From assembly GCA_951406725.2 (NCBI GenBank), contig OX597815.1, forward strand, positions 153,822,001 through 153,886,000: a stretch of DNA of 64,000 bases, read 5' to 3'. This DNA comes from Octopus vulgaris (Eukaryota). Under the pieces are notes generated by a model. It ran no database searches and had not been told where the DNA came from. It saw nothing but the letters and a program-made list of their open reading frames with translations. The position numbers and the translations under genes are program-made. Shown here in pieces: positions 27,869 through 42,385 of the stretch (its first letter is position 1; each line of letters starts with the position of its first letter).

Positions 27869-28719
27869 AATAATATTTACTGAATCTCAGTCTTTTATAC
27901 GCTAGGCCACTAATGTTTAAATTGTTGTTATTAAATTAATATCCAATTTTTTCACCCTCATTTTGACTTTAATAAGAACAATATGTATAAATATATCTTA
28001 CATAAAATAGACGTGTGTGTGTGTTTTCGCTTTACACCCGAAAACGGCTGCGCGAATTGCTTCCATACTTGGGTTGCATGAATAATTTGACCTCGGATAC
28101 ATAATAGGGTCTTCAGTTTATTTTTGTATTAAAGATAAATAATATTTCTTTATATATCTGATTCACTTCTTTAAAAAGATTTTCTAATGTCAACTGCCGG
28201 TATTGACGTAGTAACAGCGAAAAGTTCCGTTTTCATTTGCGAAATATTTCACTTTCTATTTTAATGTTTTCATTTCAAGTTTTAATTCACTATTTGCAGA
28301 CATCTACAATAAATTACCGAAAAAATATTTACAAGTTCACAAATCTAAATATTCAGTACAAGATAGTTTTTAACGAGCTTTTATTTATACGATTTTTCAT
28401 TTCATGTTTATTTCGTTCATTGTTTGCAATGTTCTCTCATCTCTCTTTCTCTCTGTCTCTCCCCTCTCTCTATCTCTCTCTCACGCACACACACTCTAGG
28501 TTTGATTGCACAAATATTACATTAGAATTTTGCAATTCAACATAGAACATCAAAAATAATATGGGCATTCTTTCGCTTGAACCCACACACTTCGCTAATT
28601 TCCGTAAAATTTATTTATGTATTTAGTTTTTACGCGCCGTGTTTAGCTCTGTATTTGTAGTCAGTCACACATGCTACGTGTGTTCTTGTATGCACGTTTG
28701 TATACAGTTATGCATGTAT

Positions 28720-28764
<45 letters not shown>

Positions 28765-29385
28765 TGAGTGATGCGACTACTTACAACTCCTTTTGCATGA
28801 AGTACATGGCCCCAGATCATTCCAAGATTCGAGGAGGGTAAATAGTCGTGTGTGTGAAACTTACAGGGAAGCATGCTATCTGCAAGGTTTTTAAGAAAAT
28901 GATGAGCATTGGGACTCTGCATTGACCCAAGCATCAGTATCAGATTCTCCAAGGAAACTCCGTGACGTTTTCGCAATTATACTGAACATGTGTCAACTTG
29001 GCAGTCCCCTACAGCTTTGGATAAAACATCGTGAGGATATTGTTGAGGATTTAGAATATGCAATTCAATAGGCAAACCCAGATATCAATATTCAGTTCTG
29101 TGAAACAATTGTTAACCAAGCAGTGATTGGAAGTTTTGGCCACGAGAGGTAAAAATTTGCAAGCTTCTGGCTCTGGACTGCGAAAAACAAACTTGTCAAA
29201 TTAGTGATTTAACTAATAGCAAGAGAGACAAATTATGACATCACAGAATAAACATGAATCTAAACTTCTTCCAGAACAACGCTGTGCATATGACAAAATT
29301 ATTTCGTCAGTCAGAGAAAAAAAGCGGAGGAATTTTCTTTTTTAATGCTCTTGGTGACACACGTAAAACCGTAAAATTGTTTCGA
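28765..29385 (+). pseudogene. Helitron Rep/helicase fragment, decayed
   Basis: Manual translation LLLHEVHGPRSFQD..RVN..CETYREAC...NDEHWDSAL..SPRKLRDVFAIIL..C..PLQLW.KH..., then EQRCAYDKIISSV..GGIFFFNALGDTRKT (eroded Walker A). A Helitron-like 5' end may lie near 27995. Confidence 0.8.
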
Positions 29386-29399
29386 TTTATATATAAAGG

Positions 29400-29860
29400 C
29401 CTGAAATATCTTCCGACGGAGGAGTAGGGGGGAGTGGTGGAAAAGGAGGGGGAAGGTGATGTGGTTGGAGATCGGTGTGGGGAAGGAGAGAAGGTGGTGG
29501 TACGATCGATTTGACAAGCGCAAGTAAAGGACGTTTGAATAAGGGTGAAAGAGTATCCGCGACGCATGAACAATCGGGCCAGGTATTGGGTTCCGGCTGC
29601 ACAGGCGTCGGAGGCGGAGGAACAGGGAGTAAAGGATGGCCCGTTGGGTGTTGGAGGGATGGGAAGAGAAAAGGTTAAGGTAGAGGTGGGAGTCCGTAGG
29701 TTTAAAGAAGGTTGAGGTGGTGAGAGAGTGGGTGAGAGGATCAAGGGAGAGAGATATCGAGGAAGTTTATGGAGTATCAGAGATGGTAGATGTGAATTGG
29801 AGAGAAGGGTAGAAGTGAGAAACGAAAGAGATGAAATAGGAGAGCTGTTCACAGGAGAGT
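29400..29860 (-). mobile_element. Decayed PLE fragment related to the 53-56 kb element
   Basis: HPSNTQRAILYSLFLRLRRLCS versus HPEHTKLSIPYSQFLRLRRLCS in the intact ORF, with the same purine-rich plus-strand skew. Confidence 0.75.
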
Positions 29861-30834
29861 GAGTTAGCGCTTATACAGTCGTCTATATAGCGGCCGTATA
29901 GCTCTGTTAAATGCTTTCAATCCATACATTGAAAATGTTTATGTGAATAACAAGGCAATCATGGTTTAAATTACTAATGAAGAGCCGAGAGAAACTAGAT
30001 ATTAGGATATCAAAGAGTTATTACCTCCATTCATGTAGATAATTGAGTAAACTATGATTAAATAACGGCAAAGAAATGACTCAATATTCCGGTTATATTA
30101 AGTTAGAAGAAACCAAACGCTCAAATGTATGATATTGGTCTAATAATTGTTGAATCATGCTAAAGTTAAGCATTAACATTTAGCAGCCGCTGTCATTGCA
30201 GTTGCAGTTATTTAGCTACATAGCAACTCTAACGGAACAAACACATTGTCCAAGGCGTTCCAGATGCGACGAACCCATCTTTTTCTGAATATCTGGGAAA
30301 ATCTTTATTAAAATGTCATTCCTTTTAGAGAAGGGTGGGATGGGATTTGATATACAATGGGTGAGGTATATTTAGAAGGTCAAACGACAAGAGATATTTG
30401 CTAAGAGCATTTTTACAACCGTACGGTCCTAAGATATGTTGCTGTTCTCGTTGGTGGTAGTGATGGCATTGCTGATATTACAAGATCAACCATGATTGAG
30501 AAAACCTATTGTTAAAAATATTCAAACCGTAACCATACTATTTCTCTCAGGCAAACTTCACTGTGGTATATAATATGTAATTTGTTCTTTTTGTCTAAGG
30601 CAGTGGGAATTTGGCTGCTCTTTTTTGCCGGTCGACAAAATGCTAATTATCTTCTTGTTAGATTGTTGTGGAGTTATATAGAAAAGAATACATACTTTTT
30701 TCTCTAAACGCCAAAAACTTTTGATAAGGCCAATATTTACGAGTAATCATTATCACAAGGAAATATGTCGTATTATTGCAAGAGGTAAACAGAGGTTAGA
30801 CTATAAGTGACGTTTAAATTAACTTTATAGATAT

Positions 30835-30987
30835 AGGCGAAGGTGTGGCTGTGTGGTAGGAAATTTGCTTCCTAACCTCATGGCTTCGGGTTTATTCTGA
30901 GTGTGGCGCGTTGCTCTAGTGTCTTCAAGATCTTCGGGCCGAACGTGCAAGCAGATTTGGTAGACGTAAAATGGAAGAAGCCCGTCG

Positions 30988-31019
<32 letters not shown>

Positions 31020-31079
31020 TGTATGTGTGTGTGTATGTATGTATGTATGTATGTATGTGTGTGTGTGTATGTATGTATG

Positions 31080-31140
<61 letters not shown>

Positions 31141-31201
31141 ATGTATGTATGTGTGTGTGTATGTGTGTGTGTATGTATGTATGTATGTATGTATGTAAGT
31201 A

Positions 31202-31232
<31 letters not shown>

Positions 31233-31325
31233 ATGTATGTATGTATGTATGTATGTATGTATGTATGTATGTATGTATGTATGTGTGTGTGTATGTATGT
31301 ATGTATGTATGTATGTATGTGTGTG

Positions 31326-31356
<31 letters not shown>

Positions 31357-31730
31357 GTATGTGTGTGTGTATGTATGTATGTATATGAGGGAGAGAGTGA
31401 GAGAAAGAGAGAGAAAAAAGAGAAGGGGAGAGTATAAAATAGATAAGTTTTCCTGGTGGATACTGTATTATCTCTCAAACTGGTTTAGATGCCGGCTCTC
31501 AATTTGGATGTGAATAAAATCTACACATTCCTATGTGTGTGTGTGCGCGTGTAATTTTCCCTCCCCCACCACCGCTTGACAACCAGTATTGTTGTATTAA
31601 ATAACTGAGCGGCAAAAGAGACCAATAGCACAAGTACCAGCTTCAAAAAAGTACAGGAGTCGATTCGGTCGACTAAAATTCATCCCAGCATGGCTGCAGT
31701 CTAATGACTGAAGCAAATAAAAAATAAAAG
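30835..31730 (+). mobile_element. tRNA-derived SINE family B with an expanded internal (TATG)n/(TG)n tract
   Basis: Head GGCG..GTGGCTGTGTGGTAGG...GAAGCCCGTCGTAT. Tail CCACCGCTTGACAACC...GCATGGCTGCAGTCTAATGACTGAA. Confidence 0.7.
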
Positions 31731-32047
31731 CTATCGAAAGACGACTAAAATTCCTCTAATTGTGAGAAGTAATAGTCAAAGCACTTTCTATTTATGCAAA
31801 ACCTTCATTGTAAAGTATCATATTGTATAGTCTTGTCGAAGGTAGAATTTGCCAGTAAAACGCCGGGTTGGACGATCATGCCCAACAGAAGTAAGAAAAA
31901 CTAAGAAAGAAAGGTTTTACGCATCTATACATTTATTTACTGTATACGTACGTTCCTATATATGTACGTTCCTACAAACTCACACACACAAATATTGTAC
32001 CTAGCTATCTACATTAATGTTTATATATATATATATATATATGTATA

Positions 32048-32219
32048 TAACGGGAAGCTTTATGAAAATAAACAAAAGACGAAGGCAGGTGGAGTACAAA
32101 CAAACAATTGTATTAGTATGGCGCTCAGGAATATAAATAAAACAAGTCTTTTATGTTTCGAGCCTACGCTCTTCAACAGAAAGATATACAGAAAAGAAAC
32201 ACGGAGAGAAATAAGGAGA

Positions 32220-32220
<1 letters not shown>
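32048..32220 (-). mobile_element. Solo pLTR of the 53-56 kb PLE family, with HHR motif at 32147-32184
   Basis: Closely similar to 52450-52620. Inserted in (TA)n. Confidence 0.85.
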
Positions 32221-32255
<35 letters not shown>

Positions 32256-32258
<3 letters not shown>

Positions 32259-32439
32259 CAATTGCAGCGTGGAAGGTGTTTATAAGCCATTTAAGAAACA
32301 CAAAAACGGTTAGATTCAATTCAACATTTAAATTTAATTTGCCAAAACATGTTCGTCGCTTTGAAACCGCGACCTGTTCACTGACAAAATTTAATGCTGC
32401 ATCTGAGAAGGTAGCAGTTAGTTCATGATATATATGTAC

Positions 32440-32479
<40 letters not shown>

Positions 32480-32849
32480 ATATATATGTATTTACGTATA
32501 TTTGTATGTATTTATGTATGTGCACATACATATATGTGTGTGTGTGTATGTATGTACGTATGTGTGTGTGTATGTATATGTATACATACATACATACACA
32601 CACATACATACGTACATATACATCATGAACTAACTGTTACTTTCTCAGATGCAGCACGGAATTTTGTCAGTGAACAGGTCGCAGTCTCAAAGCGACGAAC
32701 ATATTTTGTCAAATTCAATTTAAATGTTGAAGTGAATCTAACGGTTTTTGTGTTTCTTAAATGGCTTATAAACACCTTCCACGCTGCAATGGTTTTCGAT
32801 CCTTCACACGATTTCAGACCAGGTCACTTGACATGCAAATACATCTTCG

Positions 32850-32850
<1 letters not shown>
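32256..32850. mobile_element. Fold-back element with GTGAACA-core HHR motifs in both arms
   Basis: Arms at about 32256-32426 and 32622-32792 are inverted around a microsatellite. The same family occurs at 60250-60498. Confidence 0.8.
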
Positions 32851-32889
<39 letters not shown>

Positions 32890-33047
32890 AAGACGAGAAA
32901 ATAGAGAGGTAATCAATAAATTATCATTTAATTAAGAAATAATAATTTATAATTTATTAATAAACACCGATGTGTTTATTTATTTTAGTAGTTTTGACTG
33001 TAAGAGTCCCTCCTAGCGTGTGGCATTTATGAGTAATAATGCCCCTT

Positions 33048-33078
<31 letters not shown>

Positions 33079-33206
33079 TTATTCATAAAGAAAGAAAGGT
33101 ACATATATGATTTGCAAATGTAAATAAGAATTATATATAAATATAAAAATGTATAATATATGCAATAAATATAAATATATATATATATAAGTAAAAAAAG
33201 GGTATA

Positions 33207-33624
33207 CTCTTTTACTCTTTTACTCTTTTACTTGTTTCAGTCCTTTGACTGTGGCCATGCTGGAGCACCGCCTTTAGTCGAGCAAATCGACCCCAGGACT
33301 TATTATTTGTAAGCCCAGTACTTATTCTATCGGTCTCTTTTGCCGAACCGCTAAGTGACGGGGACGTAAACACACCAGCATCGGTTGTCAAGCGATGCTA
33401 GGTGGAAAAACACAGACAAACAAACACATACACACACACACATATATATATACATATATACAACAGTCTTCATACAGTTTCTGTCTACCAAATCCACTCA
33501 CAAGGCATTGGTCGGCCCGGGGCTATAGCAGAAGACACTTGCCCAAGATGCCACGCAGTGGGACTGAACCCGGAACTATGTGGTTGGTTACCAAGCTACT
33601 TACCACACAGCTACTCCTGTGCCT
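33207..33624 (-). mobile_element. tRNA-derived SINE family B, full length
   Basis: Head GGCACAGGAGTAGCTGTGTGGTAAG...GGGTTCAGTCCC. Tail (TAAAAGAG)n. Confidence 0.88.
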
Positions 33625-33824
33625 ATATATATATATATATACTCCTGTATATATATATAAGCATAAAAAATAAAAAAAGGTACGATGTGTGAATAAGAAT
33701 TACATATAAATAATATTGTATAAAGAAAAGTAAAAGATATGCAATTGAAAGAAAATAAATAATAATAAATATATGAAGTAAAATTATACATATATACACA
33801 TAAAAAAGATATATACATATTTAC

Positions 33825-36800
33825 AGACCTTTTGTTGGATGGCCGTTGACTGTTCAGGAGTTCATCCGCCCTTTGACAGGTCTTATTATTCGTCCCACAG
33901 GGTGTCCAACAGCATCCTCCTCACAATGCAAGCCTGGTGGGGTTGCCAGTTTAGTCGCCGACGACCCGACCATGCGACAGGTTGTACTGGATTACATGTT
34001 ACTAGCAGCACTCAAGAGCATCGGTCACCTGAATTATATTTGATCACTTTATAGAGGGTCTGAGTTACGGTTTGGTGTCTAGAATGGATAGCTTACCTCC
34101 TGGGCAGGTAGAAGCTCTTTAACCTTAGTTGGTAATCTACTTAAGAGAAGGAAATCTTCGAAATAAAACCTGAGGCCTTGGAAGTTCATGGTTTTGTCAA
34201 TTTTTATGTCACACCGGCGAAAGTTTTCTTGGGCCCATAGGTAGGGGTAGTACAGTGCAAGCTACACCCACTGAAAATTATTCATCTGCACAGGTACTTC
34301 CTGTACTCCAAATCTTAGTAAAATCATTCAATTGGTTGGTTGGCAGAAACCTAAAAATGCACTTCTAACTTACTCTAAAATGTCTCAAACAGATTCAGTA
34401 AATGGCAAAAAGTCCTGGGAATGTCAGGGGAACAGATCTGGCACGGCAGGTGTTCCAGTGTATCACAGGTTCGGCCCGGCCATCATCCTGCCACTATGGT
34501 CAAAGAATCTTCAAGAAAAAGTAAAAATAAACATCCTTTGAATTTTGACTGTTGGAATGTGCGCACACTTCTTGATGATAATTTCAAAAAAAGACCAGAA
34601 AAGCGTACTGCACTTATTGCATGTGAGCTCGAGAAATATTCCCTTGATATAGTTGCGCTCTCTGAAACTCATCTCTCTGGGGAGGATCAAGTAAATGACC
34701 CTACTTATGGATACACTAGCTTTTGGAGAGGCCTACCTAAGGGTCAGCGTAGAGAATCTGGTGTTGGATTTATTCTCAAGAATACATTAGTATCCGCCAT
34801 TGCAGAGCTTCCAAGATCTGAACGGATCATGTCATGCCGTATTAAACTGACAAAAGGTAGGTTTCTTACCGTTGTCAGTATTTATGCACCAACAATGTCC
34901 CATTCTGATGGACAGTTTTATGACGATCTGGCAAGATTATTGAGGAAAGTACTAATTTCTGACAAGCTGGTCATATTGGGAGATTTCAATGCAAGAGTTG
35001 GAAAGGACTATGTTTCATGGCCTGTTTTAGGTCGACCTGGGATTGGAAAATACAATACAAATGGAGTAGCTCTTTTGAAATTTTGTACTGAGAACAATCT
35101 GGTTGTCACCAACACTCTGTATAAGCAGAAAAATAAATATAAAACCACCTGGATGCACCCAAGGTCTAAGCATCTCATAGATTATATTTTGATCAGGAAA
35201 CGTTATATGAAAGACGTTCCTAGCGTTCGGGCCATGAGAGGGGCAGAGACCTGGATTGACCATCATCTAGTGCGTGGAAAAATAGATTTTTTCAATAATG
35301 CCTAAAAATCGACAGTCTAGTCCTAAGGTACCCCAAAAGTTAAATGTTACAAACTTTAAATTATCAAGGGTTTGTACTCTTATGTTAAGGCGATATATGG
35401 CTCAAAATCTTCCTCAATAGCTCCAGTGAGAACAGCAAATGGATGTTTTCTTCTGACTGACACCGTTTCTATTCATAAGCGTTGGGTAGAACATTTCTCT
35501 GCACTTTTGAATAGACCATCATCCGTTGAACATGAGGACAATAGTAAAAATTGAACACCTTCCAGTTATAGAACATATGGCATTTGAACCAAGTCTAAAT
35601 GACATTTATTTAGCTGTGAATAAGCTGAATAACAATAAGTTTCCAGGGTCTGATGGAATTTGTGCAGAAGTCTTGAAATATGGGAGTTACAAAATGTTTG
35701 ATTTCTTAAATATATTGATTTGTCACTGTTGGAGAACTGAGAAAGTGCTCAAGACTGGATTGATGCTATTTTAGTCTCCTTGTATAAATCGGGGCCAAAG
35801 GATCGGTGTGGTAATTTTCGTGGAATTTTGCTTTTGTCTGTGGCTGGAAAGGTACTTGCCCGCATTTTGTTAGAACGTTTAAATACCTTCATACTTCCAA
35901 ATATAGTGTCTGAGTCTCAGTGTGGATTTCGTTCCTCCAGGAGCACAGCTGATTATATCGTTACTCTCAGACAATTACAAGAAAAGTGCATTGAACAGAA
36001 TCTTGCTCTATACCATTGTTTGTTGATTTGAGCATAGAATTCGATACTGCTAATCGAAATGCTCTGTGGCTAATTCTAAGGAAAATAGGTTGCCCAGAAA
36101 AATTTGTGAACATGGTCAGGGCTTTGCATCAAGATATGAAAGCTAGAGTTAATTTTGGTGGTAGGCTCTCTGAATCTTTTGCTGTGGAAAATGAAGTAAA
36201 GCAAGGAGACCTTGATGCACCCACCATCTTTGCAATGTACTTTGCTGTTGTGTTGTCACGTTCTTTTCAAAACTTTGAGGAGAGTATTTACATAAAATAT
36301 CGAACAACTGGGAATGTTTTTAATCTGACCAGACTGAAATTCAAAACGAAGGTTTTTACTTCACCCATTAGGGAACTTTTGTATGCTGACAATTGCAATC
36401 TTGTCACTCATTCTGAAACAGGTCTGCAATCTCTTGTATCTGCATTTGACTCAGCTTGTGATGATTTTGACTTGACCATCAACTTGAAAAAAAAAACCCA
36501 GTTGTAATGCATCAACCTGCGTGTGGTGCTGTTAGTAACCTCCCTAAAATTTTTGTTAAGGGAAAGTTACTTGAGGTTGTCGATTCATTCGTCTATCTTG
36601 GAAGCTCTGTTGAAAATTGTGGAAATCTTGATACAGAAACACAGCTGCGAATTCAAAAAGCAGCAAAAGCATTTGGTGGCTTGGAGTCCCGCGTTTGGTG
36701 CCAACGACATATAAATAAGAATACAAAGCTGGCTCTTTACAAATCCTTTGTTATACCAACCCTGTTGTATTCCTGGACTTGTTATGAAAGGTATTTTAAA

Positions 36801-37600
36801 TTGTTAGAACAATTCCACCAAAAATGCCTTCATCGTATTTAAAAAAATCAAATGGAGTTTTTTTACTCCAAACACAGATGTCCTTGCATCTGCAAGCATC
36901 ACCTCAACCAAAGCTATGATTTTGAGGAACTAATTGAGATGGTGTGGCCATATTGTTCGAATGGCAGATGAACGCATGCCGAAACAGCTGTTTTATGGTG
37001 AGGCTTGCAGAGAGGAAACGCTACCGGCATAAACCTAAAAAACGTTTAAAGACGGCATAAGGACTACAATGAAGTCACGTGGAATGGTTCCCGAAGATAT
37101 AGAAACCCTTGCTTCGGATCGAGTTGGGTGGCGAACAAAGGTGTGGAGTGGAGTAAAAACATTTGAAGAGGCCGGGATAACGCAAGTAAGACTCAGAGAT
37201 CTAAGGAAGTATGTAACGATCGAGAAGGTGAATGACAATGACCTTTTTGTGTGCACAGTTTTTGGCAGACCGTGCCTGTCTTTTGCTGGCCTCAAATCTC
37301 ATCTACGGACGCATGGAAAATGAACCTCCACCAACTGTTCTGACTATATGTATGTGCACACCTTTGAATGCAGTGTATGCCAGGTTTGCAAATCCAACGG
37401 AGGCCTCAAAAGACATGTTAAGATCCACAAAGAGCAGAACTTATCTGCAGGCATTGGTAGTCCAAATTGGATATGCAATCTATGTGAGTGTCTTTTCAGA
37501 ACATTGTCTGGTTTAAAAAGCCACATCAGATGCCATGATGGTACTAAGGTGTAGGTACAAGAAGTGATCAAACTCTGTGTAAGGAGTAGACAATCACGAT
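33825..37600 (+). mobile_element. Near full-length RTE-clade LINE (APE + RT + C-terminal C2H2 fingers), frameshifted
   Basis: APE motifs CWNVRTL, LSET, LGDFNARVG, IDYIL, DHH. RT motifs PGSDGI, NFRGILLLS, ESQCGFR, VKQG, LLYADN, FVYLGS. Long 5' UTR. Confidence 0.93.
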
Positions 37601-37863
37601 ATATATATTCTTTTAATCTTTTACTTGATTCAGTCATTTGATTGCGGCAATGCTGCAGCACCGCCTTTAGTCGAAGAAGCCGACCACAGGACTTATTATT
37701 TGTAAGATTAGTACTTATTCTATCGATCTCTTTTGCTAAATCGCTAAGTTACGGGGATGTAAACACACCAGCATCGGTTGTCAAGCGATGTTGTAGGGAC
37801 AAACACACACAAACATATACACACACATACATACATACATACATACATACATACATACATACA

Positions 37864-37896
<33 letters not shown>

Positions 37897-38615
37897 GTAT
37901 GTATATATTTATATATATATACTGTTGTGTCTGTGGAGAGTCATTCTCTTTTAGTGCCAATTATCTAACACACTCACCGGTAAAATTTCCACTTATTTCC
38001 TATTTTTATTTTCTAAAATTTTCGTTGCGTGTTGCAACCTTTTCAATAATCTTGACTTATTTACACTGCCTTCCCTTTTGTTTATTTGTGCGCATGTGTG
38101 TGGGTCAATGGGTCAGTATGTGTGTGTGCGCCTATACATGCATGCATGTACGTATGTATGTGTGTGTGTGTGTTTGCATGTGTATGTATGTATATATGTG
38201 TGTGTATACATATGTATGTATGTGTGTGCATCTGTATGTACGTATCCTGCATATTTATGTGCTTGCCTGTCCGTGTTTGTGTATTTTCTATGAATGTGTG
38301 TGTGAGCATGTGTTTGTATATGTATGCACCTCTGTTTCCTTGTGTGTGCATGTCTGTCTGTGTGTATATTATGTAACTATGTACCATGTTTGTATGTATG
38401 GATGTGTATCTTTATATGTGTGGATCCGTGTCTCCATATGTGTCTGTTCATATAGTCTATATACCTATCCGTCTGTATATTGATCTGTTTATTTACATAT
38501 CTAAATGCTTACATACAGAAATAAAAAATAAAAAATAAAAAATATTAAAAAATCAAAAAAATCAAAAAATAAAAAATATATTAAAAATATTAAAAATAAC
38601 AAAAAATAACAAAAA

Positions 38616-39344
38616 CTCAACAGCTCGACTTCATTAAAACATCCATCTCCTCCAAGCTATACACAAAATCTATCAATTCAGCTGTCAAGCGGTTAGGACT
38701 CACAGAACATCAAGGGAGAAAGCTGAAACACACGATGTTACAAAACATCAGAAGGAAAATATACAAAGAGATCAACCAATACCAAAGAGAGTCCTACTGC
38801 ATGAACTAAAAAACACCACTACTCCGCACGAAAGAGACACATTCATGACAAGAATAACACCGAGTGAACCATGCCTGTAACAAACACTTAAACAATAAAC
38901 TAAAGGGGATGAAACAGCAACAACAACAATCTCAGCATGGTAGGAATCAATACAGATACCCAAACAACATCGACGGGATTATCATGTCAGAATGTAAACT
39001 ACCAGAGGATTTCGACGCCAGGACACTGGAAAACAATACCACCATCAAGAACAAATATACCTCTGGAATATACGGTGCAGTACAGCTAGATACAGATGAA
39101 ATGTATGCTTTAGAGTTACCACCAAAATTCGCCACATATAAAAAGCTAAAAAAAAATTGATTGTCTGAAATTGAAAAAAACGTTCTTAAAGTTAAGATGG
39201 AGGTTAGAACAATACAACAACAAAATAAACACACGAAATCAAAACAACAACATCCCACACACAGATAACGACAACAACCACATCATTCACACCACTACCA
39301 ACACCGTCACACATAACAATAACAATAGGCACAACACAAGCGCT

Positions 39345-39376
<32 letters not shown>

Positions 39377-41782
39377 CAACAATACCGGCAACTATAACAA
39401 CAGCCACAACGATAATAACACTCTACACTCTGTCTTCTATAACCCTAACAACAAATCTTATGACATGACGAGGATATAGCCCACAGACTTACCCTTTAAC
39501 AAAAGGGTATGTATCCCACCCCAAATTGACAGTGAAACAGAAGCAAAGATCTCCTTAGCTAGAAAGAGACTCCGACACATCTTAGATCAATACAACAAAT
39601 CCACTAAAAAACATAATGAGGAGGGGCCCCACCAACTCAGTTCATCTGTTGACAAAGGCCTACAAAAACTGAAACAGCGAATTAAGAACAGAGAATTAGT
39701 GTGCCTTCCTACGGACAAGTCTGGCAGACTATCAGTAGATAGCCCACAGAACTATGTCCAGATCATGAAACAACATATCAGTAGCATGAGAGAAGTTGCA
39801 CCACAAGAACATGAAAGAGTAGAAAAACTCCTCAATGCACACATGGGAATGTGGTGCAACATACTCCAACCTACAAAAAGAACAGCACACAATTTCCAGG
39901 CATCCAACAATGATGTTCCTACACTATACGGGTTACGCAAAGACCACAAACCCTACATAAACCCTGTCGCAGGGCCCTCAACCAGACCAGTTTGCAGAGC
40001 GAACATCTCCAGCATATAGACTGTCCTATTTCGTCTCACAGGTATTGCGACCTCTCATAGAGATGTCTCCGGATGTCTGTATGAGTATGGAAGATCTCCT
40101 CAGTAAAATCAGTACTTGCAGCCACACCAACGACCTCACAGGATGTATAGTGGGTAGTATGGATGTAATTTCACTCTACTCATCTATAGACATAGATTTT
40201 GCTGTGGAGAAATGCATTCAAGCAATCTGTGAAAGTGAAGTGGAATTCCGTAAGTTCAACACCAGGGAACTGGGCCTCCTCCTCAGACTATGCTACGACA
40301 ATAAATATTTAGACGACCATGACCTTAGTAAATTCTGCCCCACCAGGTCACAAAGAGGTAGACCACCCACCATCACTTCAGCGGTGAAGAAAAGCACCAC
40401 AGAGCGCTGGAGTGGATAGACCGCACCCACCCAAAACCCTGAGAACAACAATCAGGTGAGGGAAATGATTGCATATGCAATAGGGGCCAACGTAAAAAAC
40501 AACCTTGAAAAAACACATAGTAAAGTTTAATAAAAAACTATACATGCAGGTTCAAGGTGCAGCCATTGGTGTAGGTATAGCTGGAGATGTGGCTGGCCTC
40601 TTCATGACCTGGTGGGACAGAAAATTTAAACAAATGTTAGCAGAACAGTCCACAACTCTTCTACTCTACAGTAGATATGTAGATGACATAAATATAATAG
40701 TTAGAACCAACTCTAGTGACGGTAATGTAGAGACTGAGAAGAACGTAATGGAGAGCATCCAGCAAATAGCTAACTCCATTCACCAAAGTATCAAGGTAAC
40801 TATAGATTACCTCACTAAGAACCCTAACAATAGACTCCCTGTACTTGATACTGAACTTTGGTTAGTGACTGTGAACAATAGAGTGCAGCTCCTCCACTCT
40901 TTTTACACGAAACCTGTAACTTCAAAATATGTTGTTCACAAGAACTCAGCTTTGTCATACAATATGAAAATTAACATACTAGTACCAGACCTAGTTAGAA
41001 TAATGAACAATGTGTCCCCACTATGCGAACCCTATGAAATGAAGAAACGTATACAGAACATCACACATCGCATGCAGTTCTCTGGATATGATCAGAAAGA
41101 TAGGGTTCGTGTATACAGGGGGGCTAGAAAGAAATTAGATAACATTATACGTAATGATACCAGTGGTACCTGCCCTAGATATAGAAACAAGGAATGGAAT
41201 AGAATACAAAGAACTTGTGACAAAGCAAACAGGGCGAACACGTGGTATAAAACCGACAAATATCAAGGAGTGATGTTTGTAGAGGCTACAGCCCATGGAG
41301 AACTAGCCCGTAGATTTAGAAAAGCTCTGAAGGAGACCAAACTCAACATTAAAATTGTTGAAAAGCCAGGGAACTCCGTCAGATCACAACTATGTAGGAC
41401 GTACCCGTTTAAGAATACCATATGCACAAATGATAACTGCATGGTATGTAGAATTAGCCCTGGTATTAACTGTAGAACTCAAAATGTAGTTTACAGCATA
41501 AGATGCATAGAAGGTGCTTGTAAGGACATGAACGTGGTGTACATAGGGGAGACGTCAAGGAGCATTGCGGAACGGATAAATGAACATCTAAGACAATATG
41601 ACGACAGAAAACAGTCATCCATACTCTACCAACATGTCAAAGACCACCATGGAGGTAACTTAGGTCAACTTGACATCCGCATCTTATCCAAGCACCCAAA
41701 AGACCCAACACTCAGACAAATACGGGAGTACGTCCTTATAAATGAAACCTCCCCAATATTAAATAGGAAATATACACAATAA
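38616..41782 (+). pseudogene. PLE reverse transcriptase/GIY-YIG endonuclease, frameshifted
   Basis: PTDKSG, LYGLRKDHK, GSMDVISLYSSI, QVQGAAIG, YSRYVDD, LPVLD, Cys linker CTNDNCMVC..NCR, NVVYSIRC..VYIGETSRSIAERINEH..R.IRE. Confidence 0.9.
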
Positions 41783-42385
41783 ATACCATACCTCTATATC
41801 CACAGTTTACACAGGTAGAGTAAAATAGTTAGTGGACTGTCAGGTAGATAAATGTATGTATGTATGTATGTATGTATGTATGTATGTATGTATGTATGTA
41901 TGTATGTATGTTGGTGTGAGTGTGTGTGTATGCCTTTTTTGTTATTTTTTTGTTATTTTTTATATATTTTAAATTTTAATGTTTTTAATTTTTTAAAATA
42001 TTTTAAAATATTTTAAAATATTTTTTATTTTTTATTTTTTATTTCTGTATGTAAGCATTTAGATATGTAAATAAACAGATCAATATACAGACGGATAGGT
42101 ATATAGACTATATGAACAGACACATATGGAGACACTGTTCCACACATATAAAGATACACATCCATACATACAAACACGGTACATAGTTACATAACACACA
42201 CACACACAGACATGCATACACAAGGAGACAGAGATGCATACATATACAAACACATGCTCACACACACATACACACATACATACGTACATGCATGCATGTA
42301 TAGGCGCACACACACATACTGACCCACTGACCCACACACATGCGCACAAACAAACAAAAGGGAAGGCAGTGTAAATAAGTCAAGA

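Noticed and set aside
33840-34170. HDV-like ribozyme in the RTE 5' UTR
   Set aside because: CCTCC loop-like motifs are present, but I could not assemble the nested double pseudoknot by eye. It needs a descriptor search.
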